From the IMG/VR virus record IMGVR_UViG_3300023199_000051, positions 114,165-178,164 of that record: 64,000 nt of DNA. The stretch is one strand, 5' to 3'. Both the position numbers and the translations under genes were made by a program. This stretch comes from a virus. Positions 9,902 to 19,584 of the stretch are shown here, in pieces; position 1 is the stretch's first letter; each line of letters starts with the position of its first letter. Below the pieces are notes generated by a model. That model made no database searches. It had not been told where the DNA came from and saw only the letters and a list, made by a program, of their open reading frames with translations.

Positions 9902-10453
9902 ATGAGCAGCGCGGGCAACGACACCATCTTCATGGTCACCGGGCACCGACCTGCGGGCATCGGGGGCACCTACCAACGGCACCAATGGGTACGCACCCAG
10001 CTACGGGACATCCTCGCCAAGATGAAGGAGATGCACGGCGGCAACCTGGTTGCGCTGATGGGGATGGCGCGGGGTGCTGACACCTGGTTCGGGCTCGAAG
10101 CGGTGAAGCTGGGAATCCGCTTGCACATTGACATCCCCTTCGAGGGACACGGGGACAAGCTCGGGGGCAGCGATCGTGAGGCCTACGACAAGCTCGTCGA
10201 CTATGCAGAGCATGTAGAGGTGCTTGCTGGAGTTCCGGCTAGCTATGGCGAGATGGTCCTGCGCTTCCGAGCGAGGAACCAGCGTATGGTCGATCGGGCC
10301 CACTATGCAGTGGCTGTGTGGTCAGGCACACCGCGCGGGGGCACCGCCCACGCAGTCCGGCTCCTCAGAGAGAAAGGCACGATCACGCTGCACGTCCATC
10401 CTGGGATGCGCACTGTAACGATGCTCTCTGGAGTTTCGACACCAGCGACTTGA
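9902..10453 (+). CDS. YspA/DUF1273-like SLOG-family protein
   Basis: VTGHRP, GMARGAD, RNQRMVD, AVWSG...GGTAHAV motifs. Confidence 0.8.
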   Translation: MSSAGNDTIFMVTGHRPAGIGGTYQRHQWVRTQLRDILAKMKEMHGGNLVALMGMARGADTWFGLEAVKLGIRLHIDIPFEGHGDKLGGSDREAYDKLVDYAEHVEVLAGVPASYGEMVLRFRARNQRMVDRAHYAVAVWSGTPRGGTAHAVRLLREKGTITLHVHPGMRTVTMLSGVSTPAT

Positions 10454-10478
10454 ACCTGTGCACGACATGCAATACAAC
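10450..10478 (+). promoter_or_regulatory. Sigma70-like promoter candidate
   Basis: TTGAAC-17 nt-TACAAC upstream of the RecD-like gene. Confidence 0.4.
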
Positions 10479-10501
10479 GAAGGGGCACCGAAGACTGACA
10501 C

Positions 10502-12517
10502 ATGACAGGGGGCCTCAAATACATGGGGGCGTACGGTTCAGAAGAAGGCGCCTCCAGCGGGCAGCCACCAAGAAGCGCAGACAATGGCCGCCTGGGGAGG
10601 AGGCCAGAGCAGAAGCCTGGGGAGGTTTCGCTAGAAGCACTCTTGGGGGCGCCCGCGAACCCCGTGTCGGAGCAGGGGCAGTCTGAAGAGACGACCCAGC
10701 AGCTGATCGAGCCGCTGCCGGAGATCAGAGGCAAGCAAGTGAGTGCCGGTGTCGACAGCTTCAGTGCCATGGTCGCGGACATGAAAGGGGCCGGCATGCA
10801 GGGGGCTGCACATCCTGTGAGCGCTCCGCAGAAGGCGCACGGAGCCGCCGAGAAGACGCGTGTTGTCGATGGAGCTGACCAGAAGACAACCGCCGAGCGA
10901 ATGGCTGCGAGAAGACACCACAACCTCGACACGGTGGACATCAACAAGGTTGTCGAGCCCCTTGGGATGACGCTGTCACCTGACCAGGTACAGGCAGCAC
11001 GCCTCCTCCTCAAGCAACTTCGACACGGCCGGGACCCGATCAGTGTGCTCACGGGCGCGGCCGGCACCGGAAAGACCACACTCATGCGTGCCATCATCTA
11101 CCTTGTTCGGAAGGTACTCGGCCGCCCCGTGGGCTGCATGGCTCCGACAGGCAAAGCGGCGGCCCGGCTCCGTGCCCTTACAGGTGAGGACACGACCACC
11201 ATCCATGGACGCTTGTATGGTGCACCGACCGAGCACGGGATCTGCCCTGACAAGGAGTGCCGGAAGGCTTCGGAGGAGCTGGGGCTGTCTGCGGGCCAGC
11301 TCAAGAAGTTCGATCCCCCGCTTGACCGCTGGAAGTGCCCGCACTGCCAGTCGGAGTTCAAGCTCGGGAAGGACGACAAGCCCTACCCCTACGATGATCA
11401 GGGCGTCCTCATGGACAAGCCCACCGCGTTCGAGATCGAGCTGAAGTTCCCGGAGACGAAGCCAGCCCTGTGCTCCCCATTCGAGGTGCTGATCTGCGAT
11501 GAGGCCTCCATGGTCTCGACGAAGGTCCATGACGACTTGGTGAAGAAGCTGCCCTCGACGGCTCGACTCATGTATGTCGGGGACAGCGAGCAGCTCCCCC
11601 CGATCACCAGGGACGACGATGCAGACATTTACGACCTGTGGGGGCCTGATTTCCGCACGCCGACAGCGCAGCTCAGCCAGGTACACCGCCAGGCGGCCGG
11701 AAGTCCCATCATCCAAGTGGCCACCAAGATCCGTGAGGGGTGTTCGCCTCACGGCATCTTCGAGACGCCCGGTGATCTCGAAGGGCGCTGGCGGTGTGAC
11801 CGAAGGGGCACGCTAGATCGGGCAGCACGGTGGCTCGCCGAGCGGCGCAAGGCAGGCATTACAGCCACTCTGCTGACCTACACGAACAAGACACGCAAGA
11901 AGACGAACGCGCTGGTTCGCCGCAAGACGGGGGCCGACACACGGAGCCTCCAGGCTGGTATGCCCATCGTGGCTGGCGACTACACGGTGTGCTGCCACAA
12001 CCAACATGCCGCTAAGTTCTACAACGGAGAAGTCTACGGCGTGAGGAGCGTCAGGTGGATGCCGCCCTCGAAGAAGGGGGAGGTCGAGGCCAAGGCGCGC
12101 ATCTTCAAGGAGACGTTGTTGCTGGTCGAGTTCGAGGGCCGCAAGGGCACGTGGTACGTCCCTGCCAAGGCCATCGGTGGAACCTACCGTGGTTACAGGC
12201 GAGAAATCTCCAGGTTCGTCCGCAACTGGAAGCAGATGCGGAAGGAGTGGAACCGTCGGCCACTGTCGGCCAACATGACCTTCGAGGAGTACGCCGTGAA
12301 CGTGGTCGGCTACCTCAACCCACAGCGCTTCTTGTTCCTCGACTACGGAGAGTGCTTGACGGTTCACCGGAGCCAGGGCAGTCAGTGGGAAGATGTCGGG
12401 TTCATCTGGGACCGATCTACCTGGGGCGCACACCGCCACAACTACCCTTTCTGGAAGCGGTTGATGTACACGGCTTGCACCCGTGCAGAGAAGCGCTTGG
12501 CGATCTGGGTTCTGTGA
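10502..12517 (+). CDS. RecD/Dda-like SF1B helicase with Zn-finger insertion
   Basis: LTGAAGTGKTT, APTGKAA, TIHGRLY, ICDEASMV, VGDSEQLPPI, VHRQ, TVHRSQGSQW; CPDKEC...CPHC insert. Confidence 0.9.
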   Translation: MTGGLKYMGAYGSEEGASSGQPPRSADNGRLGRRPEQKPGEVSLEALLGAPANPVSEQGQSEETTQQLIEPLPEIRGKQVSAGVDSFSAMVADMKGAGMQGAAHPVSAPQKAHGAAEKTRVVDGADQKTTAERMAARRHHNLDTVDINKVVEPLGMTLSPDQVQAARLLLKQLRHGRDPISVLTGAAGTGKTTLMRAIIYLVRKVLGRPVGCMAPTGKAAARLRALTGEDTTTIHGRLYGAPTEHGICPDKECRKASEELGLSAGQLKKFDPPLDRWKCPHCQSEFKLGKDDKPYPYDDQGVLMDKPTAFEIELKFPETKPALCSPFEVLICDEASMVSTKVHDDLVKKLPSTARLMYVGDSEQLPPITRDDDADIYDLWGPDFRTPTAQLSQVHRQAAGSPIIQVATKIREGCSPHGIFETPGDLEGRWRCDRRGTLDRAARWLAERRKAGITATLLTYTNKTRKKTNALVRRKTGADTRSLQAGMPIVAGDYTVCCHNQHAAKFYNGEVYGVRSVRWMPPSKKGEVEAKARIFKETLLLVEFEGRKGTWYVPAKAIGGTYRGYRREISRFVRNWKQMRKEWNRRPLSANMTFEEYAVNVVGYLNPQRFLFLDYGECLTVHRSQGSQWEDVGFIWDRSTWGAHRHNYPFWKRLMYTACTRAEKRLAIWVL

Positions 12518-12530
12518 CTACGGAGGGACT

Positions 12531-13013
12531 ATGAAAGCAATCATCGACTTCACCTTTGGATCTGCGCAGCGGCTGTGGCGGGAGCGTGTTGGACCCGAGC
12601 TGGTTGACGGGCTCAAGAGCGCCGCACGCGCACTCGAATGTGACCACGGAGCCAACCAGGCGTACATCAAGGTCATTGAGCGAGCGCACAGCAACGCACC
12701 CCTCCTCAAAGTCCCGGACCCCACCCAGGATCCCGACGGCTACGCCTCGGTCCTCGGAACGCGCTCACACGAGGTGCAGCTCGCAGCCATTCAGGAAGCA
12801 GCCGAGTGCGCACGGCACGACTACACGCGGCTCATCCTCCAGGGAGCAATCGAGCTGCTGCGCAACCACCCTGGAGTCTTCGTGACTGCTGTGGAGTGCG
12901 TACTGGAAACCCGGAAGAAGGCGCATGCCAATCCGCCCATCTGCATGAACTCAGTCACTGAGGCGCCCCCTGATGTTCGAGGCTGGGTACCCCCTGCCGT
13001 GGCAGAAGCGTAG
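12531..13013 (+). CDS. Hypothetical protein
   Basis: GGAGG RBS, ATG 12531. Confidence 0.55.
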   Translation: MKAIIDFTFGSAQRLWRERVGPELVDGLKSAARALECDHGANQAYIKVIERAHSNAPLLKVPDPTQDPDGYASVLGTRSHEVQLAAIQEAAECARHDYTRLILQGAIELLRNHPGVFVTAVECVLETRKKAHANPPICMNSVTEAPPDVRGWVPPAVAEA

Positions 13014-13083
13014 GCGCAGCAGAGATCACCGAGGTAAGTACACACTCGCGGTATCATGTTCACGCATCACCTGGAGACACCAC

Positions 13084-13722
13084 ATGCCCATCAAGTACAC
13101 AATCGACATCAGCGATACCCCAGCTGGTACCTACACCTTCGTCAAGGAAGCCATCGAAGACGCTGTCGAAGGCGACGACCCCTGGGACTACGACAAGCCC
13201 ACCTTCACGGTGAAGGGCGCCACGGCCGAGCAGGCGGAAGCCATCGCAGACGTCATCGCGAGCTTCGATCTGAAGGGCGAGGCCGTGCATCTGACCGTCG
13301 AAGCGGAGGGTGATGAGGATGGAGACGGAGAGATCGTCCTGGTCGACGGCGACGGTGACGAAGTCGAGCCGCTGGCCATCGAGGAAGCAAGCGGTGATGA
13401 CTCCGACTCCGAGCCCGACTCCGACTCCGAGCCCGACTCCGACTCCGAGCCCGACTCCGACTCCGACTCCGACACCAGCGACTCCGGGTCCGACACCATC
13501 GCCGTGCCCAGCGACGTCTACCACCGCATCCTGTCCGCGCAGCGTCGTCGGCCTGCCCCGCAGCGGTTCGTGGTGGGCGACACCGCGCTGCAGATCAACG
13601 AGGCCTCCGGTCGTGGCCAGTTCGCTGCCATCCAGCTGCGTCCCGAGTACGTCTACTTCGGCGCCGGCACCTACACCGAGGCGGTGGATCTCCTGATCGA
13701 GGCTGTCCACGAAGCCAGATGA
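13084..13722 (+). CDS. Acidic hypothetical protein with (DSDSEP)n linker
   Basis: GGAG RBS; high GC3; tandem repeats. Confidence 0.65.
   Translation: MPIKYTIDISDTPAGTYTFVKEAIEDAVEGDDPWDYDKPTFTVKGATAEQAEAIADVIASFDLKGEAVHLTVEAEGDEDGDGEIVLVDGDGDEVEPLAIEEASGDDSDSEPDSDSEPDSDSEPDSDSDSDTSDSGSDTIAVPSDVYHRILSAQRRRPAPQRFVVGDTALQINEASGRGQFAAIQLRPEYVYFGAGTYTEAVDLLIEAVHEAR
13399..13473 (+). repeat. 18-bp tandem repeat GACTCCGACTCCGAGCCC x3 plus GACTCC tail (coding)
   Basis: Directly visible. Confidence 0.9.
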
Positions 13723-13822
13723 CCCTTCTGGGCGCGGTGTGTGAGTAGCGTTGATCCCCATTCCGTGAAAGCGCACCGCGTCCACTCCACCTGAACACCC
13801 ACTGTGATCGGACACCTGCGAC

Positions 13823-14065
13823 ATGAGCGACTACATCTTCCCCTGCAATCCTGATCTGTTCAATGCCTGGAAGGCACTGGGCCATCAACTGCAGGGAGTG
13901 GCCACCGCCGGAGCCGGCCTGGCGCAGAACCCGATGGAGGCCGATGAGGCCAATGTCCGAGAGTGGCTATCTGTCTTCGTGAAGGAACGGGATGAAGCGC
14001 TCGCCGAGCTGAAGCATCTTGAAGAGCGCACAGCTGCGTACGTGGCTGCGTGCCGCAAGGTATAA
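13823..14065 (+). CDS. Hypothetical protein
   Basis: 80-aa ORF, coiled-coil-like C-terminus. Confidence 0.45.
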   Translation: MSDYIFPCNPDLFNAWKALGHQLQGVATAGAGLAQNPMEADEANVREWLSVFVKERDEALAELKHLEERTAAYVAACRKV

Positions 14066-15075
14066 GGGCCGTGATCGACGAGATCGCGCACCACACCCTG
14101 GCCTTTTGCCGGGAGCGTGTTGACGGGAGGGAGCCGGAGTTCCACCTCAACACCTTGCAGCAGTACATCCAGACGCGAGTCTACGGTGCCTCCGCACAGA
14201 GTGCAGGGCAAGCCTTGGAACAGCTTATGGAGCAGAGCACCATCACGTGCCAGGTGCTCTCCAGGGATGCAGCCCTGTACAGAATCGTGATGCCGGATGA
14301 TGGAGATCAGGGCCGTCAGTACGAGCGTCTGGCGCGCTACTACACCCCGAACAAGCTGGCCGACGTCATCACACGGCAGCTGCCTATCAGGCCGGGGCAC
14401 CACATCCTTGAAGGGCACATCGGAAGCGGTGCTTGGGGAAGGGCAGTGCAGCGACTTGCCTGCATGGGGGTTCCTACCTCCTTGGAGGTCAACGACCTCG
14501 ATAAGGAGGCACCGGGGCTCAAGCGGAGCTTGTACCGGCAGCTCATCTGTGCGTTCGATGCCTGGGACTCGATGGATGCGTGCCCTTACGACCCCTTCCT
14601 CGCGCACACGGGCAGCTTCCTGGACCTAGCTCCCCAGGTAGATCCGCACTGGGTGCTAGGCAACCCTCCGTACGCCATCCCCCCACCGATGAAGGAGTGC
14701 CCCTCCTGTGAAGGCACTGGCCACAAGGGCAAGGCGCGGCGCCGGTGCAGGAAGTGCAAGGGGGCAGGCACGTACCAGCCGCGTGCCGTGCCAGTCGCTG
14801 AGGAGCACATTCGCTACGCGCTGAAGCTGGCACGGCCTGCTCTAGGGTCCGTCGTGTACCTGCTCCGCTCGGCCATCGCCGAGAGCGCTGAGCGCATTCC
14901 CTTCTGGGAGGCGTTCCCAGCTCGGCACGAGTGGAAGCTCGCCGAGCGCCCGAGCTTTGACGGCCAAGGCACCGACAGCTGCATGTACTCAGTGTTCTGG
15001 TGGGACTGGGAGTGGCTTGAAGCCGGAAATCGCAACGGAAATGGAACCTGGGAGGTGCTTTCATGGGACGCGTGA
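14050..15075 (+). CDS. DNA amino-methyltransferase (NPPY type) with DnaJ-like Zn-finger insertion
   Basis: YYTP, ILEGHIGSGAW (motif I-like), VLGNPPY (IV), CPSCEGTG...CRKCKGAG, RPSFDGQGTDS. Confidence 0.8.
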   Translation: MPQGIRAVIDEIAHHTLAFCRERVDGREPEFHLNTLQQYIQTRVYGASAQSAGQALEQLMEQSTITCQVLSRDAALYRIVMPDDGDQGRQYERLARYYTPNKLADVITRQLPIRPGHHILEGHIGSGAWGRAVQRLACMGVPTSLEVNDLDKEAPGLKRSLYRQLICAFDAWDSMDACPYDPFLAHTGSFLDLAPQVDPHWVLGNPPYAIPPPMKECPSCEGTGHKGKARRRCRKCKGAGTYQPRAVPVAEEHIRYALKLARPALGSVVYLLRSAIAESAERIPFWEAFPARHEWKLAERPSFDGQGTDSCMYSVFWWDWEWLEAGNRNGNGTWEVLSWDA

Positions 15076-16418
15076 AGCTGATTCGGGGGGACGCGCTCGG
15101 CGTCCTCAAGCAGATGCCTGATTGCTGCATCGACGCCATCGTGAGCGACCCGCCAGCCGGAATCGAGTTCATGGGCAAGAAGTGGGACCGGCCCGACGCG
15201 AATGTGAGGAGCTGGGAACAGGGGATGTCGAAGCACGGCTTCACCGACGGAGCTGATCGCGTAGCAGCTCCAAAGCTGGGAGGCAGTTCCAAGAACCCGA
15301 CATGTCGACGGTGTGGCAAGCGGCAGCGGACGTGGAAGACAGGGCCTCCAGCCTGCACCTGCACGCAGCCCGACTTCCCGAATCCGACCGTCCGACTACG
15401 GACCGACTTCATCGCGGGCATGGCCTCCATCTTCGTTCAGTGCCTCCGTGTCCTCAAGCCCGGCGCCTTCGCGCTTGTGTGGGGCATCCCGAAGCGGAGT
15501 CACTGGACCGCCTGCGCCCTGGAAGACGCCGGCTTCGAGCTGCACGACCGCCTGTCGCACTTCTTCGGCACCGGCCGGCCCATGACGCACAAGCACATCC
15601 TCAAGCCGGCCGTCGAGGACTGGATCCTCGCGCGCAAGCCGCCAGGGCGGACGCTCAAGGGCACCGTCGAGAAGTGGGGAACGGGCCTGCTCAACATCGA
15701 CGGATGCCGCGTAGGCACTACAGGCGCTCGCAACAACGGCCGCAAGAAGGACAGCGACATCTATGGCGACTACGGCTCCTCGGAGCGGGTGGACTACAAC
15801 ATGGGCCGCTGGCCGCCGCACCTGCTCCTGTCGCATGGGGCGGGGTGTCGAGCAGACGCCTGCGAGCCAGGCTGTCCTGTGGCACTGCTGGATGCTCAGA
15901 GCGGCACGTTGCAGTCCGGCAAGGACACCGTGAAGCGTGCGTCTGGTGCCGACCAGGAAGGGAACACGGGCGAGTCCCACGGTGCAGAGTGCCGACCGTC
16001 TGGAACCCCGATGGTCTTCTACGGCGACAAGGGCGGAGCTTCCCGCTTCTTCCCGACCTTCCGGTACCAGGCCAAGGCGAAGTCCGACGAGAAGTTCGTC
16101 TGGTGCTACGACTGCGAGGAGGTCTGGTGCTGGGGCGACAAGGCCGCGAAGAAGCGGCACAAGGGCCACAAGCGTGAGAGGCACCCGACGCTGAAGTCGA
16201 TCGACCTGATGTGCTGGCTCGTCCGTCTGGCAGGGCACAACGAGCTGGAGGGCCACACGCCCGTGCTTCTCGATCCCTTCATGGGCACAGGCAGCACAGG
16301 GGTGGCCTGCTGCCGGGAGGGTAAGGACTTCATCGGAGTCGAGCGGGAGTCGGTGGTGACCGGCGGGCACCCCTACTTCGAGATTGCCGAGTACCGCCTT
16401 GCAGTGGAGAACAGGTGA
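15063..16418 (+). CDS. DNA methyltransferase N4/N6 (beta arrangement)
   Basis: IRGDALGVL...AIVSDPPAG (IV), HPTLKSIDLM, VLLDPFMGTGSTG (I). Confidence 0.88.
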   Translation: MGRVKLIRGDALGVLKQMPDCCIDAIVSDPPAGIEFMGKKWDRPDANVRSWEQGMSKHGFTDGADRVAAPKLGGSSKNPTCRRCGKRQRTWKTGPPACTCTQPDFPNPTVRLRTDFIAGMASIFVQCLRVLKPGAFALVWGIPKRSHWTACALEDAGFELHDRLSHFFGTGRPMTHKHILKPAVEDWILARKPPGRTLKGTVEKWGTGLLNIDGCRVGTTGARNNGRKKDSDIYGDYGSSERVDYNMGRWPPHLLLSHGAGCRADACEPGCPVALLDAQSGTLQSGKDTVKRASGADQEGNTGESHGAECRPSGTPMVFYGDKGGASRFFPTFRYQAKAKSDEKFVWCYDCEEVWCWGDKAAKKRHKGHKRERHPTLKSIDLMCWLVRLAGHNELEGHTPVLLDPFMGTGSTGVACCREGKDFIGVERESVVTGGHPYFEIAEYRLAVENR

Positions 16419-16855
16419 GCCTGGCCGAAGACATCAAGCAGCTTCGGGGCTTTTTGGGCTTGACCCAGGGGGAGCTGGGGGGACAGCTGGGGCGCACGGG
16501 GGCTGCCGTGAGCTTGTGGGAGATGGAGTGGAACAACCCGAGCCGGAACATGCTGCACAGGCTGAGTAGACTCGCAAGGCAAGCACAGGCTCATGACCTG
16601 GCTGAGCGCTTTGAGGAAGCAGTCAAAGGATCAGTGGAATGGACGTCGACGGAGAAGCAACGGGTCCAGCTCCAAGAGTGGCTAGCGAAGCAGGAGAAGG
16701 GAGTCAGTCCGCGTGACTGCGCCAGTGCGCTGGGGTGGACAGTGGGCAGGTCGCGGTCGAGGCTCAAGGAGCTGGAAGATCACGGGGTGGCACGGCGCGT
16801 GAGGCCTGAGAAGTCGCGGTACCCGGCACTGTGGCAGCTTGTGGACCCGGCATGA
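16415..16855 (+). CDS. XRE-family HTH protein with C-terminal winged helix
   Basis: IKQLRGFLGLTQGELGGQLGRTGAAVSLWE; SPRDCASALGWTVGRSRSRLKELEDHGV. Confidence 0.8.
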   Translation: MSLAEDIKQLRGFLGLTQGELGGQLGRTGAAVSLWEMEWNNPSRNMLHRLSRLARQAQAHDLAERFEEAVKGSVEWTSTEKQRVQLQEWLAKQEKGVSPRDCASALGWTVGRSRSRLKELEDHGVARRVRPEKSRYPALWQLVDPA

Positions 16856-16877
16856 TCCGCCGCATAGCTGCGGGGGC

Positions 16878-17264
16878 ATGCTTCCAGTTGCTGCCATCTA
16901 CCAGCTCCGCGGCGCGCTTCTGCGCATCGGGCAACACCTCGATGACTACGGCACACCGGTGCCGGATCACCTCTGGGATGGCCTTTGCTCTGATATCAGA
17001 GCAGCTGCCATCGCACTCGACGAGCACCTGTCCAGTACGAGCCGAGAGGCGAAAGCCACACTTCCATCCGCACTGCGTAGCCTCCGTGGCGGGACGCCGA
17101 CAGCGATCACTCTCTCAGCTCCAGGTCGCAACCTGCTGCTGCTCGGGGTATGGCCTGTCGAGGCCCGGCTGGGGCGTATGTGCAACCCGATCGTCCGTGC
17201 CCGGTGGGAAGCGGATGTGGTTGGTGAGACGATGCGGTCAGATTCTGTCCGAGACGTGCGCTAG
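16878..17264 (+). CDS. Hypothetical protein
   Basis: ORF filling gap; start uncertain. Confidence 0.4.
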   Translation: MLPVAAIYQLRGALLRIGQHLDDYGTPVPDHLWDGLCSDIRAAAIALDEHLSSTSREAKATLPSALRSLRGGTPTAITLSAPGRNLLLLGVWPVEARLGRMCNPIVRARWEADVVGETMRSDSVRDVR

Positions 17265-17305
17265 TCTTCAGGCGCTGACCACTCCAAGCGCATAAGGCCC
17301 GTACC

Positions 17306-18331
17306 ATGTTCAACTTCTCGAAGACGAAGCTCCGCGACAGCTACACAGCTGCCACACCCGGGCAGGTGGAGGTTGATCCCGACCGAATCCTCATCGACTC
17401 CGGCCCATCGGAGCGAGGCTGGCACCGGCTGGAGACCTTTCTCCGCTGTCCACAGCTGTACAGCTACAAGTACAACATCCCAGAGGAGGCCCAGCTCGAC
17501 GACGACAAGACGGCACTCGTACGTGGGTCGCTCATCCATGTCGGGGTCGCGCACTACTACGCGAGGCGTGGTGCGACGCAGCGGAAGAAGCACGGCAAGA
17601 GCCAGGACGGCGTGATCTGGTACGAAGACCACCGTGACAGCGAGGGCAACCTCATCAAGGATGAGCGGGGTCATGCCATCTACACCAAGCATCGCATCAC
17701 CGACCACGAACGCTTCTACGAACCCCTGGACGCCATGGCGCTGGCCGCCGATCGGTGGGCGGCTGAGGGTAGCAAGATCGCGCACAAGCTATTGCCGCTC
17801 ACACAAGACGCCGTCGAGCACTACATCAAGCACTGGCGCGGAACGAGCAGCGACCGCTTCGATGTTGTCGGTGTCGAGTTCCCAATGCGCACCAAGATCT
17901 TCGGCACGCGCTTGTTCACCTGCCGCGCCGACCTCGGCATCCGCAACCGGCAAGGCGTGTACATTGTAGATCACAAGAGCAGTAGCGCCCCCACTGCGGC
18001 AAAGACGTTGATGCGGTACGCGCTGTCGGGCCAGATTCATGGCCTGCACGGCTTCGGGCGCATGCACTGGGGCAAGGAGTACAAGGGGGTGATCATCAAC
18101 ATCATAGGTGCCCGTGCTCCCTTCAAGATGCGCCGTGAGCGGCCCCCTGCTGCTCCCGCCATGACCGCGCGGTTCCCGCAGATCATCCTCGACACGGAAG
18201 CGGCCATCGAGGCGCTGACGGACCGGGACCCCTGGAAGTGGCCTGTCGCCGCCAACGAGTTCGTGTGCATGACCCCCTACGGCAAGTGCCCGGCGTGGGA
18301 TCTCTGTGCCTGGGGCAACAGGAAGAGGTGA
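17306..18331 (+). CDS. PD-(D/E)XK (RecB/Cas4-like) exonuclease
   Basis: FLRCPQLY, GSLIH, GVEF, RADLG, IVDHKS, C-terminal C..C..C cluster. Confidence 0.85.
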   Translation: MFNFSKTKLRDSYTAATPGQVEVDPDRILIDSGPSERGWHRLETFLRCPQLYSYKYNIPEEAQLDDDKTALVRGSLIHVGVAHYYARRGATQRKKHGKSQDGVIWYEDHRDSEGNLIKDERGHAIYTKHRITDHERFYEPLDAMALAADRWAAEGSKIAHKLLPLTQDAVEHYIKHWRGTSSDRFDVVGVEFPMRTKIFGTRLFTCRADLGIRNRQGVYIVDHKSSSAPTAAKTLMRYALSGQIHGLHGFGRMHWGKEYKGVIINIIGARAPFKMRRERPPAAPAMTARFPQIILDTEAAIEALTDRDPWKWPVAANEFVCMTPYGKCPAWDLCAWGNRKR

Positions 18332-18430
18332 AGCGACGTGTCAGGCCCGCGATCAGGGCAAGGATCCTAGCAAAGAGTGCATGATGATCACGGGTCAATG
18401 CGGGTAATCAAAACTTCATTGCGCAGCGCC

Positions 18431-18459
18431 TTGACCCGTCTCAACTGCCACGGTAAAAC
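18431..18459 (+). promoter_or_regulatory. Sigma70-like promoter
   Basis: TTGACC-17 nt-TAAAAC, 25 nt before the Sak4-like start; -35 is one arm of a 9-bp inverted repeat with 18390-18398. Confidence 0.55.
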
Positions 18460-18483
18460 ACCTGCACACCGAAGGACTGACAC

Positions 18484-19494
18484 ATGACACCGAAGCCGAA
18501 TCCCGGCGTCGCTGGCGGACAACCGGGGACTGCCCCCGCGCAGTCAGCTAGTGCATCTGCCCCCCCTACACAACGAGACGGCACCACGCCGTCCGCTCAG
18601 CAGCAGGCAGCCAAGGTGCTTCACGTACCTGCGGTGGTCGTGGTCTACGGACCGTCGAAGACGGGCAAGACGACAGACCAGCTGTATTCCTTCCCCAATG
18701 GGCTATTCATCGCGGAGCCTGCCGCGCTCAAGCCCGCCCATCAGGTTGTGGGGTGGGCTCCACAGGCCGTAGAGCCTGCTTCCGACCTCGACGACATCTA
18801 CAAGGTCATCGACAAGCACAGCAAGAACGGCATCGACAAGCACGACGCGGTGATCATCGACGACTTCTCACTCGCAGCCGAGCGGACGCACTACAAGCTG
18901 GAGAAGACCAATCGCGGCAACGGCTTCGCTGTGTGGCGCAAGCTCGGGGAGAAGATCGCCCGCATCATCCTCAAGTGCCGTGAGATCGGCGTGCACGTCG
19001 TCTTCACATGCCACGAGCGAGGGCCGAAGGATGACATGCCGGGTGGACCAGCCCTCCCTTCCAAGCGGCTGACGCAGGAACTGCCCAAGCACTGCGACCT
19101 CGTACTTCGGACAGCCTACGACCCGATCCGGCAGCCCTGGCCAGCTGTGTACAAGTGCGGGCTGGTGTCGGGGGGCAGCTGGGTGACCGGTGACCGCCAC
19201 GGGGTGTGCCAGTCGGACACGCCAATGAACCTGGCGGAGATCCTCCGCAAGTGCGGTTTTCAGGTCAACCGCCCGCCAGGGTTCGAGTGGATGGAGAAGG
19301 TCGTCGCCCACGGCGCCAACCTCATCCTCAACGGCAGCAACGAGAACCTGGTGCTGCGAGACATTGGTCAGTACCTCCGCAACAATAGCGTCCAGGACAT
19401 CTACATCGCATGGGCCTGGCGAGACATCCGTGACCGTGTGGAGATCGCCAACGGCCTCAACAACCGGCTCGGTTCCTTTGGAATCCAGCTGTAG
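18484..19494 (+). CDS. AAA_24/Sak4-like phage recombination ATPase
   Basis: VVYGPSKTGKTT, VIIDDFS, VVFTCHE; context between exonuclease and SSB-like gene. Confidence 0.8.
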   Translation: MTPKPNPGVAGGQPGTAPAQSASASAPPTQRDGTTPSAQQQAAKVLHVPAVVVVYGPSKTGKTTDQLYSFPNGLFIAEPAALKPAHQVVGWAPQAVEPASDLDDIYKVIDKHSKNGIDKHDAVIIDDFSLAAERTHYKLEKTNRGNGFAVWRKLGEKIARIILKCREIGVHVVFTCHERGPKDDMPGGPALPSKRLTQELPKHCDLVLRTAYDPIRQPWPAVYKCGLVSGGSWVTGDRHGVCQSDTPMNLAEILRKCGFQVNRPPGFEWMEKVVAHGANLILNGSNENLVLRDIGQYLRNNSVQDIYIAWAWRDIRDRVEIANGLNNRLGSFGIQL

Positions 19495-19584
19495 TTCACC
19501 TCTACTTCCTCTCTGTCAACCATGGCCCATCGGCGGCGGGCCCACGTGTCGCCACGAACACTCGCACAAGCATGGAGGCCTCTC

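Noticed and set aside
17306-18331. Cas4-like nuclease as the adaptation gene
   Set aside because: It lies about 18 kb from the arrays within an exonuclease-Sak4-SSB recombination module, the usual context for phage PD-(D/E)XK exonucleases.
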